From positions 85-64,084 of the forward strand of contig CAOKPI010000006.1 in assembly GCA_948470605.1 (NCBI GenBank): a stretch of DNA of 64,000 bases. The letters are read 5' to 3'. Both the position numbers and the translations under genes were made by a program. Below the pieces are notes generated by a model. It saw nothing but the letters and a program-made list of their open reading frames with translations. It was not told the origin of the DNA and did not search any database. Position 1 is the stretch's first letter; every line of letters begins with the position of its first letter. Positions 28,859-38,236 of the stretch are shown piece after piece. The stretch comes from an uncultured Clostridium sp. GTDB lineage: Bacteria; Bacillota; Clostridia; TANB77; CAG-508.

Positions 28859-30697
28859 ATGGCCGAAGTACAAATAATTGAAAAAGTAAATGGTCGAATA
28901 GACAGAAATAAAGGAACCATAATAAATGGACCAATTAAAGTAGCAGCCTATGCAAGAGTAAGCACAGACAAAGAAGACCAAAAAAATAGTTATGGATCAC
29001 AATTAAAATACTATATGGAAAAAATGAATGCAAACCCAAAATGGATAGCAACACAAGTGTATGCAGATGAGGCAATTTCAGGAACACAAGACTACAAAAG
29101 AAGTGACTTTATGAGAATGATACATGATGCATTAAATGGAAAGTTTGATTTATTACTAACAAAATCAATTTCAAGATTTGCAAGAAACACAGTTGATACA
29201 TTATCCTATGTAAGAAAGTTAAAAGAAAAAAATGTTGCGATACTCTTTGAAGAAGAAAACATCAATACACTTGAAATGAGTGGAGAATTATTACTAACTA
29301 TATTAAGTTCAGTAGCACAACAAGAAAGTGAAACAATATCATCACATGTAAAACTAGGACTAAAAATGAAAATGCAAAGAGGAGAATTAGTAGGATTTCA
29401 TGGATGTTATGGTTATGACTATGATAAATTGACAAAGACATTAACTGTAAATGAAGAAGAGAAAAAAGTGATTCAATACATTTTTGGCAGATATGCACAA
29501 GGTGCAGGAACAACAATGATTGCAAAAGAATTGACAGAAGCGGGGATACCAACAAGAAGAGGTAATCCAATATGGTGTGAAACAGTAATAAGAAAAATTA
29601 TCAAAAATGAAAAATACAAAGGAGACTTATTACAAGGCAAAACATTTACAGTAGATCCAATTACTCATAGAAGATTAGAAAACATGGGAGAAGAACAAAA
29701 ATACTTAATAGAGAAAAATCATGAAGCAATTATTGATGATGAAACTTGGGATAAAGTTCAAGAAATCTTGCAAAAAAGAAGCGAAAATTATAATAAAGGT
29801 ACAAGAAGTGGAACATTTAGGAGAATGTATGCTTTTAGTGGAATAACTTATTGTGCATTTTGTGGAAGGTTAGTTACTAGAAAAAATTGGGTAAGTTCAA
29901 CCAAAAATAAAAAAGCATGGTATTGTTCAACAGCAATAAAACAAGGCAGAAAATATTGTAGAGATAGCAAACCAATACCAGAAAAAGTAATAGAAAAATG
30001 TTTTTTAGATGCTTATAGAGTTTTATGTGCAGATAAAGCTACCATCATTAGAAACTTTATGGAAAAGGCAGAACCAATATTACAAGAAAATAATAGCAAA
30101 GAAGAAATTGAAAAATTAAATATACAAGAACATGACTTAAAAGAAAGACTAAAGAAATTATTAGATTTAAAGTTAGATAATACAATTACAGAAGAAGCTT
30201 TTAAAGAAAAAAATCATGAGATAGAAAGAAAAATAAGAAACATTCAAAAACAAATAGAAAACAAAGCTAGTACAGTAAATAAAGAAGATAACTTAAAATC
30301 TAAAGTGGAAGAAATTAAAAATCTTTTAAAAAGTCATAACATCATAACTGAATTTGACAGAGAAGTTTTTGATATATTAGTAGACAAAGTAATTATTGGA
30401 GAAATTGATGAAAAAGGAAATAAAAATCCATATGTAATTAGTTTTATCTTGAAAGGTAGCAAAAAGACTGATAGTTATGAATTATCAGAAGAACTAGAAA
30501 AGAAAGTAAAAAAGAAAAGCATAAAGCCAATAAGTATAGAAGATAAAAATGTGATATGTGAAATAAAAAGTTTTCAAAAATTAAAGATATTTGAAAAAGA
30601 TGAAGATTTGTTTAGAACTAAGAAACAACTTGAATATATCAAGGTAAAAGTAATAACAGATTATGATAAAGACATTTCTTCCAACATAGCAAATTAG
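28859..30697 (+). CDS. Large serine recombinase
   Basis: 612 aa; resolvase catalytic domain AAYARVSTDKEDQ...SISRFARNT, recombinase and zinc-ribbon domains (CAFCG...YYCS), C-terminal coiled coil. Confidence 0.9.
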   Translation: MAEVQIIEKVNGRIDRNKGTIINGPIKVAAYARVSTDKEDQKNSYGSQLKYYMEKMNANPKWIATQVYADEAISGTQDYKRSDFMRMIHDALNGKFDLLLTKSISRFARNTVDTLSYVRKLKEKNVAILFEEENINTLEMSGELLLTILSSVAQQESETISSHVKLGLKMKMQRGELVGFHGCYGYDYDKLTKTLTVNEEEKKVIQYIFGRYAQGAGTTMIAKELTEAGIPTRRGNPIWCETVIRKIIKNEKYKGDLLQGKTFTVDPITHRRLENMGEEQKYLIEKNHEAIIDDETWDKVQEILQKRSENYNKGTRSGTFRRMYAFSGITYCAFCGRLVTRKNWVSSTKNKKAWYCSTAIKQGRKYCRDSKPIPEKVIEKCFLDAYRVLCADKATIIRNFMEKAEPILQENNSKEEIEKLNIQEHDLKERLKKLLDLKLDNTITEEAFKEKNHEIERKIRNIQKQIENKASTVNKEDNLKSKVEEIKNLLKSHNIITEFDREVFDILVDKVIIGEIDEKGNKNPYVISFILKGSKKTDSYELSEELEKKVKKKSIKPISIEDKNVICEIKSFQKLKIFEKDEDLFRTKKQLEYIKVKVITDYDKDISSNIAN

Positions 30698-30790
30698 CAA
30701 AATTTAAGTGAATTTTCATATCTTTAAAATACATACCACAGATATTGAGTATAAAATGATGATGTAAAATTAGAAAGGAAGAATGTTACA

Positions 30791-31654
30791 ATGGCAACAA
30801 TTATGAATGGAAAAGATTTAGCAAAGAAAATAAGAAAAGATTTAAAAACAGAATGTGAAAAACTAAAGAAGCAGGGGATTAACCCTAAATTAGCGGTTAT
30901 CATGGTAGGAAATAATCCTGCATCAAAAGTGTATGTTAAAAATAAGAGTAAAGCATGCAATGAAATAGGAATTGAATACGAAGAGTATCTTTTAGAGGAA
31001 ACGACTACACAGCAAGAATTGAATGACCTAATTAAAAGGCTAAATCAAACAAAAGAAGTGAATGGTATTTTATTACAAAGTCCATTACCAGAACATTTAG
31101 ATATTAATCAAGCTTTTAAAGCTATTTCTTATCGAAAAGATGTGGATGGATTTACGCCTTCTAGTGTCGGAAAGTTAGTTATGGGAGGAGATACGTTTAT
31201 TTCTTGTACGCCTTATGGTGTAATGAAAATGTTTGAGGAATATAACATTGATTTGACAGGAAAAGATGTCGTTATTATTGGAAGAAGCAATATTGTTGGT
31301 AAACCGTTATCACAATGTTGTTTAGCTCAAAATGCAACTGTTACGATTTGTCATTCTAGAACAAAAGATTTAAAAACACATACGAAAAGAGCGGATATTG
31401 TCATTGCTGCAATTGGAAAGGCTAAGTTTGTGACAGCAGATATGATAAAAGAAGGAGCAGTTGTGATTGATGTAGGAATTAATCGAAATGAAGAAGGAAA
31501 GATAGTAGGAGATGTAGATTACGAAAAAGTAGAGAAAATAGCAAGTTATATTACACCAGTTCCAGGAGGAGTAGGACCAATGACAATTGCTATGTTGATG
31601 AACAATGTAATCAAGGCGGCAAAAGAACAAAATAACGAAAATTCAACTTTTTGA
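30791..31654 (+). CDS. folD: Bifunctional methylenetetrahydrofolate dehydrogenase/cyclohydrolase
   Basis: ILNGKDLAKKIR...YVKNKSKAC...GRSNIVGKP...PVPGGVGPMTIAML. Confidence 0.95.
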   Translation: MATIMNGKDLAKKIRKDLKTECEKLKKQGINPKLAVIMVGNNPASKVYVKNKSKACNEIGIEYEEYLLEETTTQQELNDLIKRLNQTKEVNGILLQSPLPEHLDINQAFKAISYRKDVDGFTPSSVGKLVMGGDTFISCTPYGVMKMFEEYNIDLTGKDVVIIGRSNIVGKPLSQCCLAQNATVTICHSRTKDLKTHTKRADIVIAAIGKAKFVTADMIKEGAVVIDVGINRNEEGKIVGDVDYEKVEKIASYITPVPGGVGPMTIAMLMNNVIKAAKEQNNENSTF

Positions 31655-31789
31655 ACAAGATTTGCATCATAGGATGTAACAATAAAAAAAGAATTTAGAA
31701 CAAGAATACAACTTTTAGACAAGATTTGGACATAATTCTTTGATACAATAAAATAAATGTGGGGCATTATTTGAATAATGTCCTTTTTT

Positions 31790-32000
31790 GTGAAATGAGA
31801 CAAGGGGGACAGGTATCATTTGTCTCATAAATTAGGTAGAAAAATGTCAAGGAAATGAAATGACAAAAAGCAAACAAAAATGACAAAAAGTTACTGTTCA
31901 GCGTTATTAATATCCTTTTTACATAAGAAAATAAATCATAAGTCTGAACAGTAAAGACAAAAAATATGAGACAAATCAAACCTGTCCCTGTTGTCTCAAG
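31790..32000. repeat. Nested palindromic intergenic element (TGAGACAA...GGACAGG...TTGTCTCA family)
   Basis: ATGAGACAAGGGGGACAGGTATCATTTGTCTCAT (about 31795-31828) and ATGAGACAAATCAAACCTGTCCCTGTTGTCTCA (about 31966-31998) flank the inner inverted repeat TACTGTTCAG/CTGAACAGTA. Confidence 0.8.
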
Positions 32001-32013
32001 AAAGGAGATAAAA

Positions 32014-33003
32014 ATGGCTGATTTAAAAGAAAAGAAATATTGGATTTGGTTATCGTTGATTCCTAATTTAGGAAGCAGAAAAAAGCAAGAGTTGTTAAAG
32101 CGATATGAAAGTCCAGAAGTAATTTATCATTTAGAAGAAAAACAATTGTTAGAGATAAAAGGAATAGGAGAGAAGACAATTCAAAATATTTTAGATAAAA
32201 ATATTAAAGATAATATACAAAAGCACATGGAATATATGGCGACAAATAATATTGACATCATTTCCATTCAAGAGAAAGAATATCCACAGATTTTAAAAGA
32301 GATTTATGATCCGCCAATTAGTTTATATTGTATGGGAGATAGTGGTATTTTAAATCAAAAGTCAATTGCAATTGTAGGATGTAGGGAGGCTACAGAATAT
32401 GGAAAAAGTGCAGCGAAATATTTTAGTTATCATTTAGCAAAACAAAATGTTAATATTGTGAGCGGATTAGCAAGAGGTGTGGATAGTTATGCACATATAG
32501 GAGCTACTTGTGCACAAATAAAGCAAGATAATCTACAAAAAAGGAGTAATAATCCACATAAAATGGTTAATCATCCACAAGTGAATAAAAATAATCCACA
32601 AATTGAAAGTAATCCACATGTGGATTGTTTTCAAAGCTCTGGAAAGACTATTGCTGTTCTTGGAAATGGTTTAGATAGGATATATCCAAAAGAAAATAAA
32701 TTTTTAGCTAAAACAATTTTGGAAAAAGGTGGTGCGATTCTATCAGAATATTCACTTGGAACCAAACCAGATAAGATGAATTTTCCAGCAAGGAACCGAA
32801 TTATTAGTGGCATGAGTCATGGCATTCTTGTGGTGGAAGCGAAGGAGAAAAGTGGAACTCTAATTACAGTGGATTTTGCTCTTGAACAGGGGAGAGATGT
32901 GTTTGTTGTTCCTGGAAATATTAATTCAGTTCATTCTGTGGGAACGAACCGATTGATTCAACAAGGGGCTAAGTTGGTTTGTCATTATAGTGAAATTTTT
33001 TGA
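32014..33003 (+). CDS. dprA: DNA processing protein DprA (Smf) with an internal ~45 aa low-complexity insertion
   Basis: VGCREATEYG...SGLARGVDSYAH...GKTIAVLGNGLD...FPARNRIISG...LVVEA.EKSG; the insertion is ...QKRSNNPHKMVNHPQVNKNNPQIESNPHVD... Confidence 0.9.
   Translation: MADLKEKKYWIWLSLIPNLGSRKKQELLKRYESPEVIYHLEEKQLLEIKGIGEKTIQNILDKNIKDNIQKHMEYMATNNIDIISIQEKEYPQILKEIYDPPISLYCMGDSGILNQKSIAIVGCREATEYGKSAAKYFSYHLAKQNVNIVSGLARGVDSYAHIGATCAQIKQDNLQKRSNNPHKMVNHPQVNKNNPQIESNPHVDCFQSSGKTIAVLGNGLDRIYPKENKFLAKTILEKGGAILSEYSLGTKPDKMNFPARNRIISGMSHGILVVEAKEKSGTLITVDFALEQGRDVFVVPGNINSVHSVGTNRLIQQGAKLVCHYSEIF
32550..32627. repeat. Cluster of five DnaA-box-like 9-mers (8/9 match to TTATCCACA) inside the dprA insertion
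   Basis: TAATCCACA at 32550, TCATCCACA at 32571, TAATCCACA at 32592, TAATCCACA at 32610, inverted CAATCCACA at 32619-32627. Confidence 0.6.
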
Positions 33004-33039
33004 GAAAATAAAAATAAAATACGACTTAAATCGTATTTT

Positions 33040-33095
33040 ATGGTGGGCAGGGAAGGATTCGAACCTTCGTACTCAAATGAGAACAGATTTACAGT
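33040..33095 (-). repeat. attL: displaced 3' fragment of tRNA-Tyr
   Basis: Identical to the 3' 56 nt (including CCA) of the tRNA-Tyr gene at 39803-39888; lacks the 5' half. Confidence 0.9.
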
Positions 33096-33418
33096 GCTTT
33101 ACACTATTTTACAGTTATTGTTACTTAATGATAGATAACACTATTTAATAAGCCTGTATTTCTAGTGTTTTCCAAGTTTATTATCAAGAATCTAATTAAT
33201 ATAAATAAAAATAAAAAATCAACATTTTTACACAGATTTTGTATTTTGGTTAGATGTTGGTTAGATATAACAGATAACCTTACTATTGATATTTTAGAAA
33301 CTTTTGTTTGCAAATATGTTGACTTTTCTATAAATAGATTATATAATTTGAAAAGAAAATAAGGAAAAGCAGAGTGTGGTATCATCTCCATTCTTAAAAA
33401 GAAAGCGAGGTGATGCAT

Positions 33419-33556
33419 ATGTTAGAAGAAGCATTATTACAATTATTGATTCTGTCAATAGTTGCAAATATAGCTCTTGCTATCATCTCTTTTGTTTTAA
33501 TTATAGCATTAGTTATAGTTACATATAAAGAGAATCACATCTCTGCTACCCATTAG
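33419..33556 (+). CDS. Type I toxin-like hydrophobic peptide (45 aa)
   Basis: MLEEALLQLLILSIVANIALAIISFVLIIALVIVTYKENHISATH: one TM helix plus a polar tail; GCGAGGTG RBS. The 5' UTR AGTGTGGTAtC is complementary to GgTACCACACT downstream (about 33585), and a terminator hairpin overlaps the stop. Confidence 0.5.
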   Translation: MLEEALLQLLILSIVANIALAIISFVLIIALVIVTYKENHISATH

Positions 33557-33730
33557 AGATGCGATTCTTAATCAAATTATTTAATGGTACCACACTTTGT
33601 GGCTCCTTGTTTTCTATATTTATTATACTCAAAATATGTTGAAAAGTCAAATAATTTACAAAAATTTTGAAAATAGTATTTAATTTTGTATTTATCAAAA
33701 GTTATGATATAGGTATAGGAGAATGAATTT

Positions 33731-34207
33731 ATGATAGCAGACAAAGATGAAATTATTTATAGCTTAAAAAAATTTGTAAATGAGTTAGAAAATACAATAA
33801 ATAGTTCTATAAAAAATAATAATACAGATGTAAAAGATATTTATAATAAATTAGGTATAGCTTTACTTTGGATAGGATGTTGCTTAGATAGATTAAGAGA
33901 AAATAAAGTTATATATAGTTCAGAAGAACATAACCTTGAAAAAGCATTTAGAGGAGCATATGATGCCCAAAAACATAGTATTTCATTAGTTACATTTAAT
34001 CATTTTAGACAAGGTGGTATAACTTCTCCTTTTCATTTTCCTTTAGTAATACCTGCACCAAATTATTATTTTAGCAAATTAGATGAAACTGTACTTGAAC
34101 ATAAAAAAGAAATAAAGATATATAATAAAATTTTAAGTAATAAACCTATAATGTTAGAAGTAAGAAATATTGAAAAGATTATACTTTCTAAATTACAGTG
34201 TGTTTAA
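33731..34207 (+). CDS. Hypothetical protein (158 aa) on the integrated element
   Basis: ORF with AGGAGAA RBS; no family recognised. Confidence 0.45.
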   Translation: MIADKDEIIYSLKKFVNELENTINSSIKNNNTDVKDIYNKLGIALLWIGCCLDRLRENKVIYSSEEHNLEKAFRGAYDAQKHSISLVTFNHFRQGGITSPFHFPLVIPAPNYYFSKLDETVLEHKKEIKIYNKILSNKPIMLEVRNIEKIILSKLQCV

Positions 34208-34406
34208 TATGTTCATATACATTTTTAATTTTAAAATTTGTAATTAATAGTTATTCTTTAATATTAAGAAAAGAGTAATAATTCTATAAAAAGTCTATAA
34301 GTGTTCATATATTAGCACTTATAGGCTTTTTACATACTTCACTACACTTTAGTATTCACTTTACTATAGTGTAGTGTTTTTATTTTAGATTTTGGAGGTT
34401 TTAACA

Positions 34407-34873
34407 ATGAAAAGAATTGAATATATAGAAAAAACAAATACTTTAATTAGTACAAAAAGAAAAGAATTAATAGATAAAGAAACTGGAGAAATAATTGAAG
34501 TAGATCAAATTACTAAAAAAGTTTATGGACAAAAGAATTTCTGGAAATTGTATTTGAGCGATTTTCTCCATGTTTTAGATGGTATCGAAAATAAGCAAGT
34601 CGCTATTTTAAAGTATATTTTAGATAATACTCACCCAAGTACAAATATGTTTATAGGTACTTATAAAACAATACAGAAAAATACACATAATCTGAAGCTA
34701 CTATTGCTAAAGTAATGAAAAAATTACAAAAGCAGAAATTTTTAGTAAAAATTCAAAATGGACTTTGGCAAGTTAGTCCAAATATTATGATGAAAGGCAA
34801 TGAAAATAAGAAAAGATTGTTATTAAGTTATTTTAATACTGATGAATCTGTTAATAAAACAAATGAAAATTGA
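34407..34873 (+). pseudogene. repL: RepL-family plasmid replication protein, frameshifted near 34690
   Basis: First part ...FWKLYLSDFLHVLDGIENKQVAILKYILDN...GTYKTIQKNT continues in another frame as SEATIAKVMKKLQKQKFLVKIQNGLWQVSPNIMMKGNENKK (stop 34871-34873). Confidence 0.7.
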
Positions 34874-35074
34874 TATTTTTATTTGTTTCTTAAACGGAAG
34901 TTTGAAACCGATATGGGTTTCAAATTCAAAAAATGTATATTGCATTTTTTGAAATAAAGGGTTGTAGGGAAAAGTATTTTCCATGCCATACTGACACTTT
35001 TATAAAAAGTGTTGTAGTATGTTATAACACTTCAAAGTGTTACCCAAAAAAGTTAATCAAGGAGGAATTTGAAA

Positions 35075-36041
35075 ATGAGTTATGCTATTATAAGAAATGA
35101 AAAATATAAAAGAGAAAATTTGAAAGGAATTTATAAACACAATGAGAGAAAAAATAAAAACTATTCTAATAAAAATATAGATAAAACAAAATCACATTTG
35201 AATTATAGTCTAAAAAAAGCCACAATGTCCTATGACAAGTTATTTGATAAGATAAGAGGCTCATATCATTTAAAAGGTCAAATAAAAACAGTAAGCAATA
35301 TAGCTTGTGAATATATTATAACTTCTGATAGAGAATTTTTTCAAGAAATTGGTACAGAGGAAACAAAAAGATATTTCAAAGAGGCTTACAATTTCGTTTG
35401 CAAAAGATAAAAACGGAAACAACATTGACAAAGTTGCTTGTAGTGAATTTTGGAAAGGTAAAGATAGTTACAGAGAATTACAAAATGCTTTTTATTCTCA
35501 CATGATAGAACATGGATTTAAACTAGAACGAGGACAAGCTAATAATTCTGAACATGTATCTATTGAAACACTAAAGAAATTAACAAGCTTTAATGAAATA
35601 GATAATTTCTTAAAGACAGATTTTCCAACACCTATTGAAATTGGAAATGTTCCAGATTTAATTGATTCTAAATATGCACAAAAACAAATTATAGAGCCTT
35701 TTAAAGAAGAAAATTTTAGACTTATTGAACAAAATATTTATCTTCGAAGAAATCTATCAATGATTACAGAACAAGTAAAATTATTAGATGATTGCGAAAA
35801 GAAAAATAAAAAACTAATAAAAGAAAATCGTAAATTGACCAAAGAAAATAAAGGATTGCTAAAAAATATTGATTTATTTGATAGATTATTATCTACTTTA
35901 CAAAATACTGTTAATAAATTAATCTCATGGATTAGTTCTGTATTTAAAGTTGCAGAAGAATCTTTTATTAATGCCTTTGAAGATGAAACCAACACTTTTA
36001 TAAATCCAATGGAGCAATTACTTACAGAAGATGAAAATTAA
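35075..36041 (+). pseudogene. mob: MobV/Pre-family relaxase remnant (frameshift plus loss of the HxDE...PHxH catalytic segment)
   Basis: The MSYAIIRNEKYKRENLKGIYKHNERK N-terminus is typical of Mob/Pre. The ORF breaks at about 35390 and resumes in another frame as ...ACSEFWKGKDSYRELQNAFYSHMIEHGFKLERG without the histidine motif. Confidence 0.7.
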
Positions 36042-36139
36042 AAAAAAGATTTAGAACAAGAATATCAAAAATAATATGAGGAAGAGCCACATTCGTACTG
36101 AATATGGCTCTAATATCTAAACATATGTCACACTTATTT

Positions 36140-37075
36140 TTACCAATGATTTTCAGCATATGCTCTCATGCCTACTTCATCATTTTTCTGAACAGCCTGA
36201 AGATACAGCTTTTCCGCCTCATCCGCATATATTTCAATATACGGATTTTCATACCACTTTGGATGTATTTTATATACAAAGTTTGGTATTAGTGTTAAGG
36301 CTTTATCCAAGACATTTCCTTCAGCGGCACGTTTCATAGCTGCCATTAATACATGGCTTATTACCATATACTCAAGTTCTGCCTCATTCTGTTCAAACAA
36401 ATCCTTTGCTTTTGCAAAGTCCTCAAGATCAGCTACCGCATCAAGTAACTCAAATTGTGAATCATCAGATGTTCCAACCAAAGATCCTGGTCTAACGAAA
36501 TAATGATATGTAGCCTTTGTAGTTAATGAATATTCTGGATACAAAAGCTGTGCTTTACCAGAAAGATTTAGGTCTTCTCCAATTTTGTAATTCCCAAAAA
36601 AGAGATTGTTTTCTTTAAGCCAATCCACATCAAATAATCTAAAACATGCAGATGGAGCTTTCATTATTTTAAGTCTCTCTTTGGTAATTACTTTTTCTTT
36701 CAATGGACCACCGTTAAAAGAAACACAATATCCACCAGCGACTGCATATGGCGCTTCATGAATGACATCCATATAGCTCTGAATAAAATCAGAATCTACT
36801 TTGTCATCACTATCCATAAAAGTAACATATCTGCCACTAGCAGCACTTATACCTGCATTTCTGGCAGCTCCAACGCCCTGATTTTCCTGAAAGATGCACT
36901 TTATACCATACACGTTTGCAAAATGTTGCATGATTTTTGCACTGCTGTCCTTTGAGCCATCGTCTACAAGGATAATCTCACGGTTTTTGTATGATTGTTT
37001 TAACAAAGACCGTACTGCTTGTTCTAAATAATTTCCAGCATTATAAACTGGTACTACAATTGAAACTTTTTCCAT
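36140..37075 (-). CDS. Family 2 glycosyltransferase (cargo of the integrated element)
   Basis: VSIVVPVYNAGNYLEQAVRSLLKQSY...ILVDDGSKD...FMDSDD (DxD); visibly higher G+C than its surroundings. Confidence 0.85.
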   Translation of the reverse strand: MEKVSIVVPVYNAGNYLEQAVRSLLKQSYKNREIILVDDGSKDSSAKIMQHFANVYGIKCIFQENQGVGAARNAGISAASGRYVTFMDSDDKVDSDFIQSYMDVIHEAPYAVAGGYCVSFNGGPLKEKVITKERLKIMKAPSACFRLFDVDWLKENNLFFGNYKIGEDLNLSGKAQLLYPEYSLTTKATYHYFVRPGSLVGTSDDSQFELLDAVADLEDFAKAKDLFEQNEAELEYMVISHVLMAAMKRAAEGNVLDKALTLIPNFVYKIHPKWYENPYIEIYADEAEKLYLQAVQKNDEVGMRAYAENHW

Positions 37076-37744
37076 TTCTTTGTCCTCCTTTTAGTGAAAT
37101 TGCTAACTTAACTATGTTTAGTCCCCTTTCTAAAAGTTATTAACTATTGCCTTTCCATGTTGCAAAAATTCTTAGAAATTTAATAGTTATGATACAGATA
37201 AATTTTACCATGCTTTACATAAAAAGTAAATAGATTTACTTAAATTACTTCCATTTTACTTGCAATTAAGATGCTTATCACTTACTGTGCTAACCACCTT
37301 TTTTATTATAAAAATTTCACTATATTGTCAATTACAGAAATGGCATAAAGTGGATATATCAAGGAGCATAATCATTTTATACATTTCTTTCATTGACAAT
37401 ATTACATTGAAGATATTTTTAGAAAAAAGGGAAAAAAAACGGAATTGTTTTTCTTGTTGTTTGATATTATACTTTTATTAATCTTTAATATTACTTTAGA
37501 ATTATTACTTTTCCTTAGTATTACTATGTCCAAAAGTTGTTAGTAAATTTTTGACTAGCTACAAGATGGTAGTTTAGTCATACATTGTCAATGAAGAAAA
37601 TTTATAAAATGAGTATGCTACAAAGTCTTGCTACTTTATGCAATTTTCGAAATTGTACAATGTGATTGCATTTTATAATGTATTATAGGTGTTTAGCAGA
37701 ATATCAGCTAAACACCTTAGTTGATAAAAAAGGAGAGATTTTTT

Positions 37745-38161
37745 ATGTGTAATTCAAACAAAGATAAGATAATTCAAATGTATTATAATGAACATTTACG
37801 ACCTACAGATATATCAAGAGCACTTAATATTGATAATGGCTATATTACAAGAATTATTAAACAAGATGAAAGATACCAAACGGAAAAAGAAAAAAGAAAA
37901 CAATTTAATAAACAAAAGAATAAAGAGCAAACTATTGCTTGAATAAAAGAAGTTAGACATTCACAAAAAGAAGAATATGAAATTTTACAATATCAATTAG
38001 CACTAGATTCAAAAATTGAATCAAAGAATTTTACTATTTCAAAAATTAATTTTAGAAAATACAACTCTAGTGCATATAACTATAATAGTAATAAAAAACA
38101 ATTTGAGTTAGATAAATCTATCAATGCTCCCTATTGTTTTTCTAAAGTAATAAAGTGTTAA
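37745..38161 (+). pseudogene. HTH-domain protein ORF interrupted by an in-frame TGA (37940-37942)
   Basis: 65 codons, then TGA, then 72 more in-frame sense codons in AT-rich DNA, then TAA and a terminator (AGACC..GGTCT T7). Reading TGA as Trp gives a natural ...TIAWIKEV... Confidence 0.6.
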
Positions 38162-38236
38162 TTTTTAGACCTCTTTTGGTCTTTTTTTAATGGAGGTGTT
38201 ACAAACAATGAACAATTTAAAAGAAATTATAATGTA

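Larger units (their letters stand above)
17480..30760. mobile_element. Putative genomic island between ligA and folD (large serine recombinase at right end; boundaries not resolved)
   Basis: Replication-relaxation-like gene, resistance-type genes, AbiE pair, prim-pol/helicase and recombinase lie between two core genes; no flanking direct repeats identified. Confidence 0.4.

Noticed and set aside
17480-30760. Prophage interpretation of the ligA-folD island
   Set aside because: No capsid, terminase, portal, tail or lysis genes are present. The content fits an integrative island or defence islet better.
33040-33095. A second tRNA-Tyr gene
   Set aside because: Only the 3' 56 nt (half of the anticodon stem, variable arm, T arm, acceptor 3' strand, CCA) are present. 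This is the att duplication of the integrated element, not a functional tRNA.
36104-36292. 62 aa plus-strand ORF at the 3' end of the GT2 gene
   Set aside because: It is fully overlapped by the well-supported minus-strand glycosyltransferase and has a hydrophobic, low-complexity antisense translation.
37940-37942. Selenocysteine recoding of the in-frame TGA
   Set aside because: No SECIS-like hairpin is apparent directly downstream. The protein is a small HTH regulator on a decaying mobile element, and a Trp codon mutation is the more parsimonious reading.
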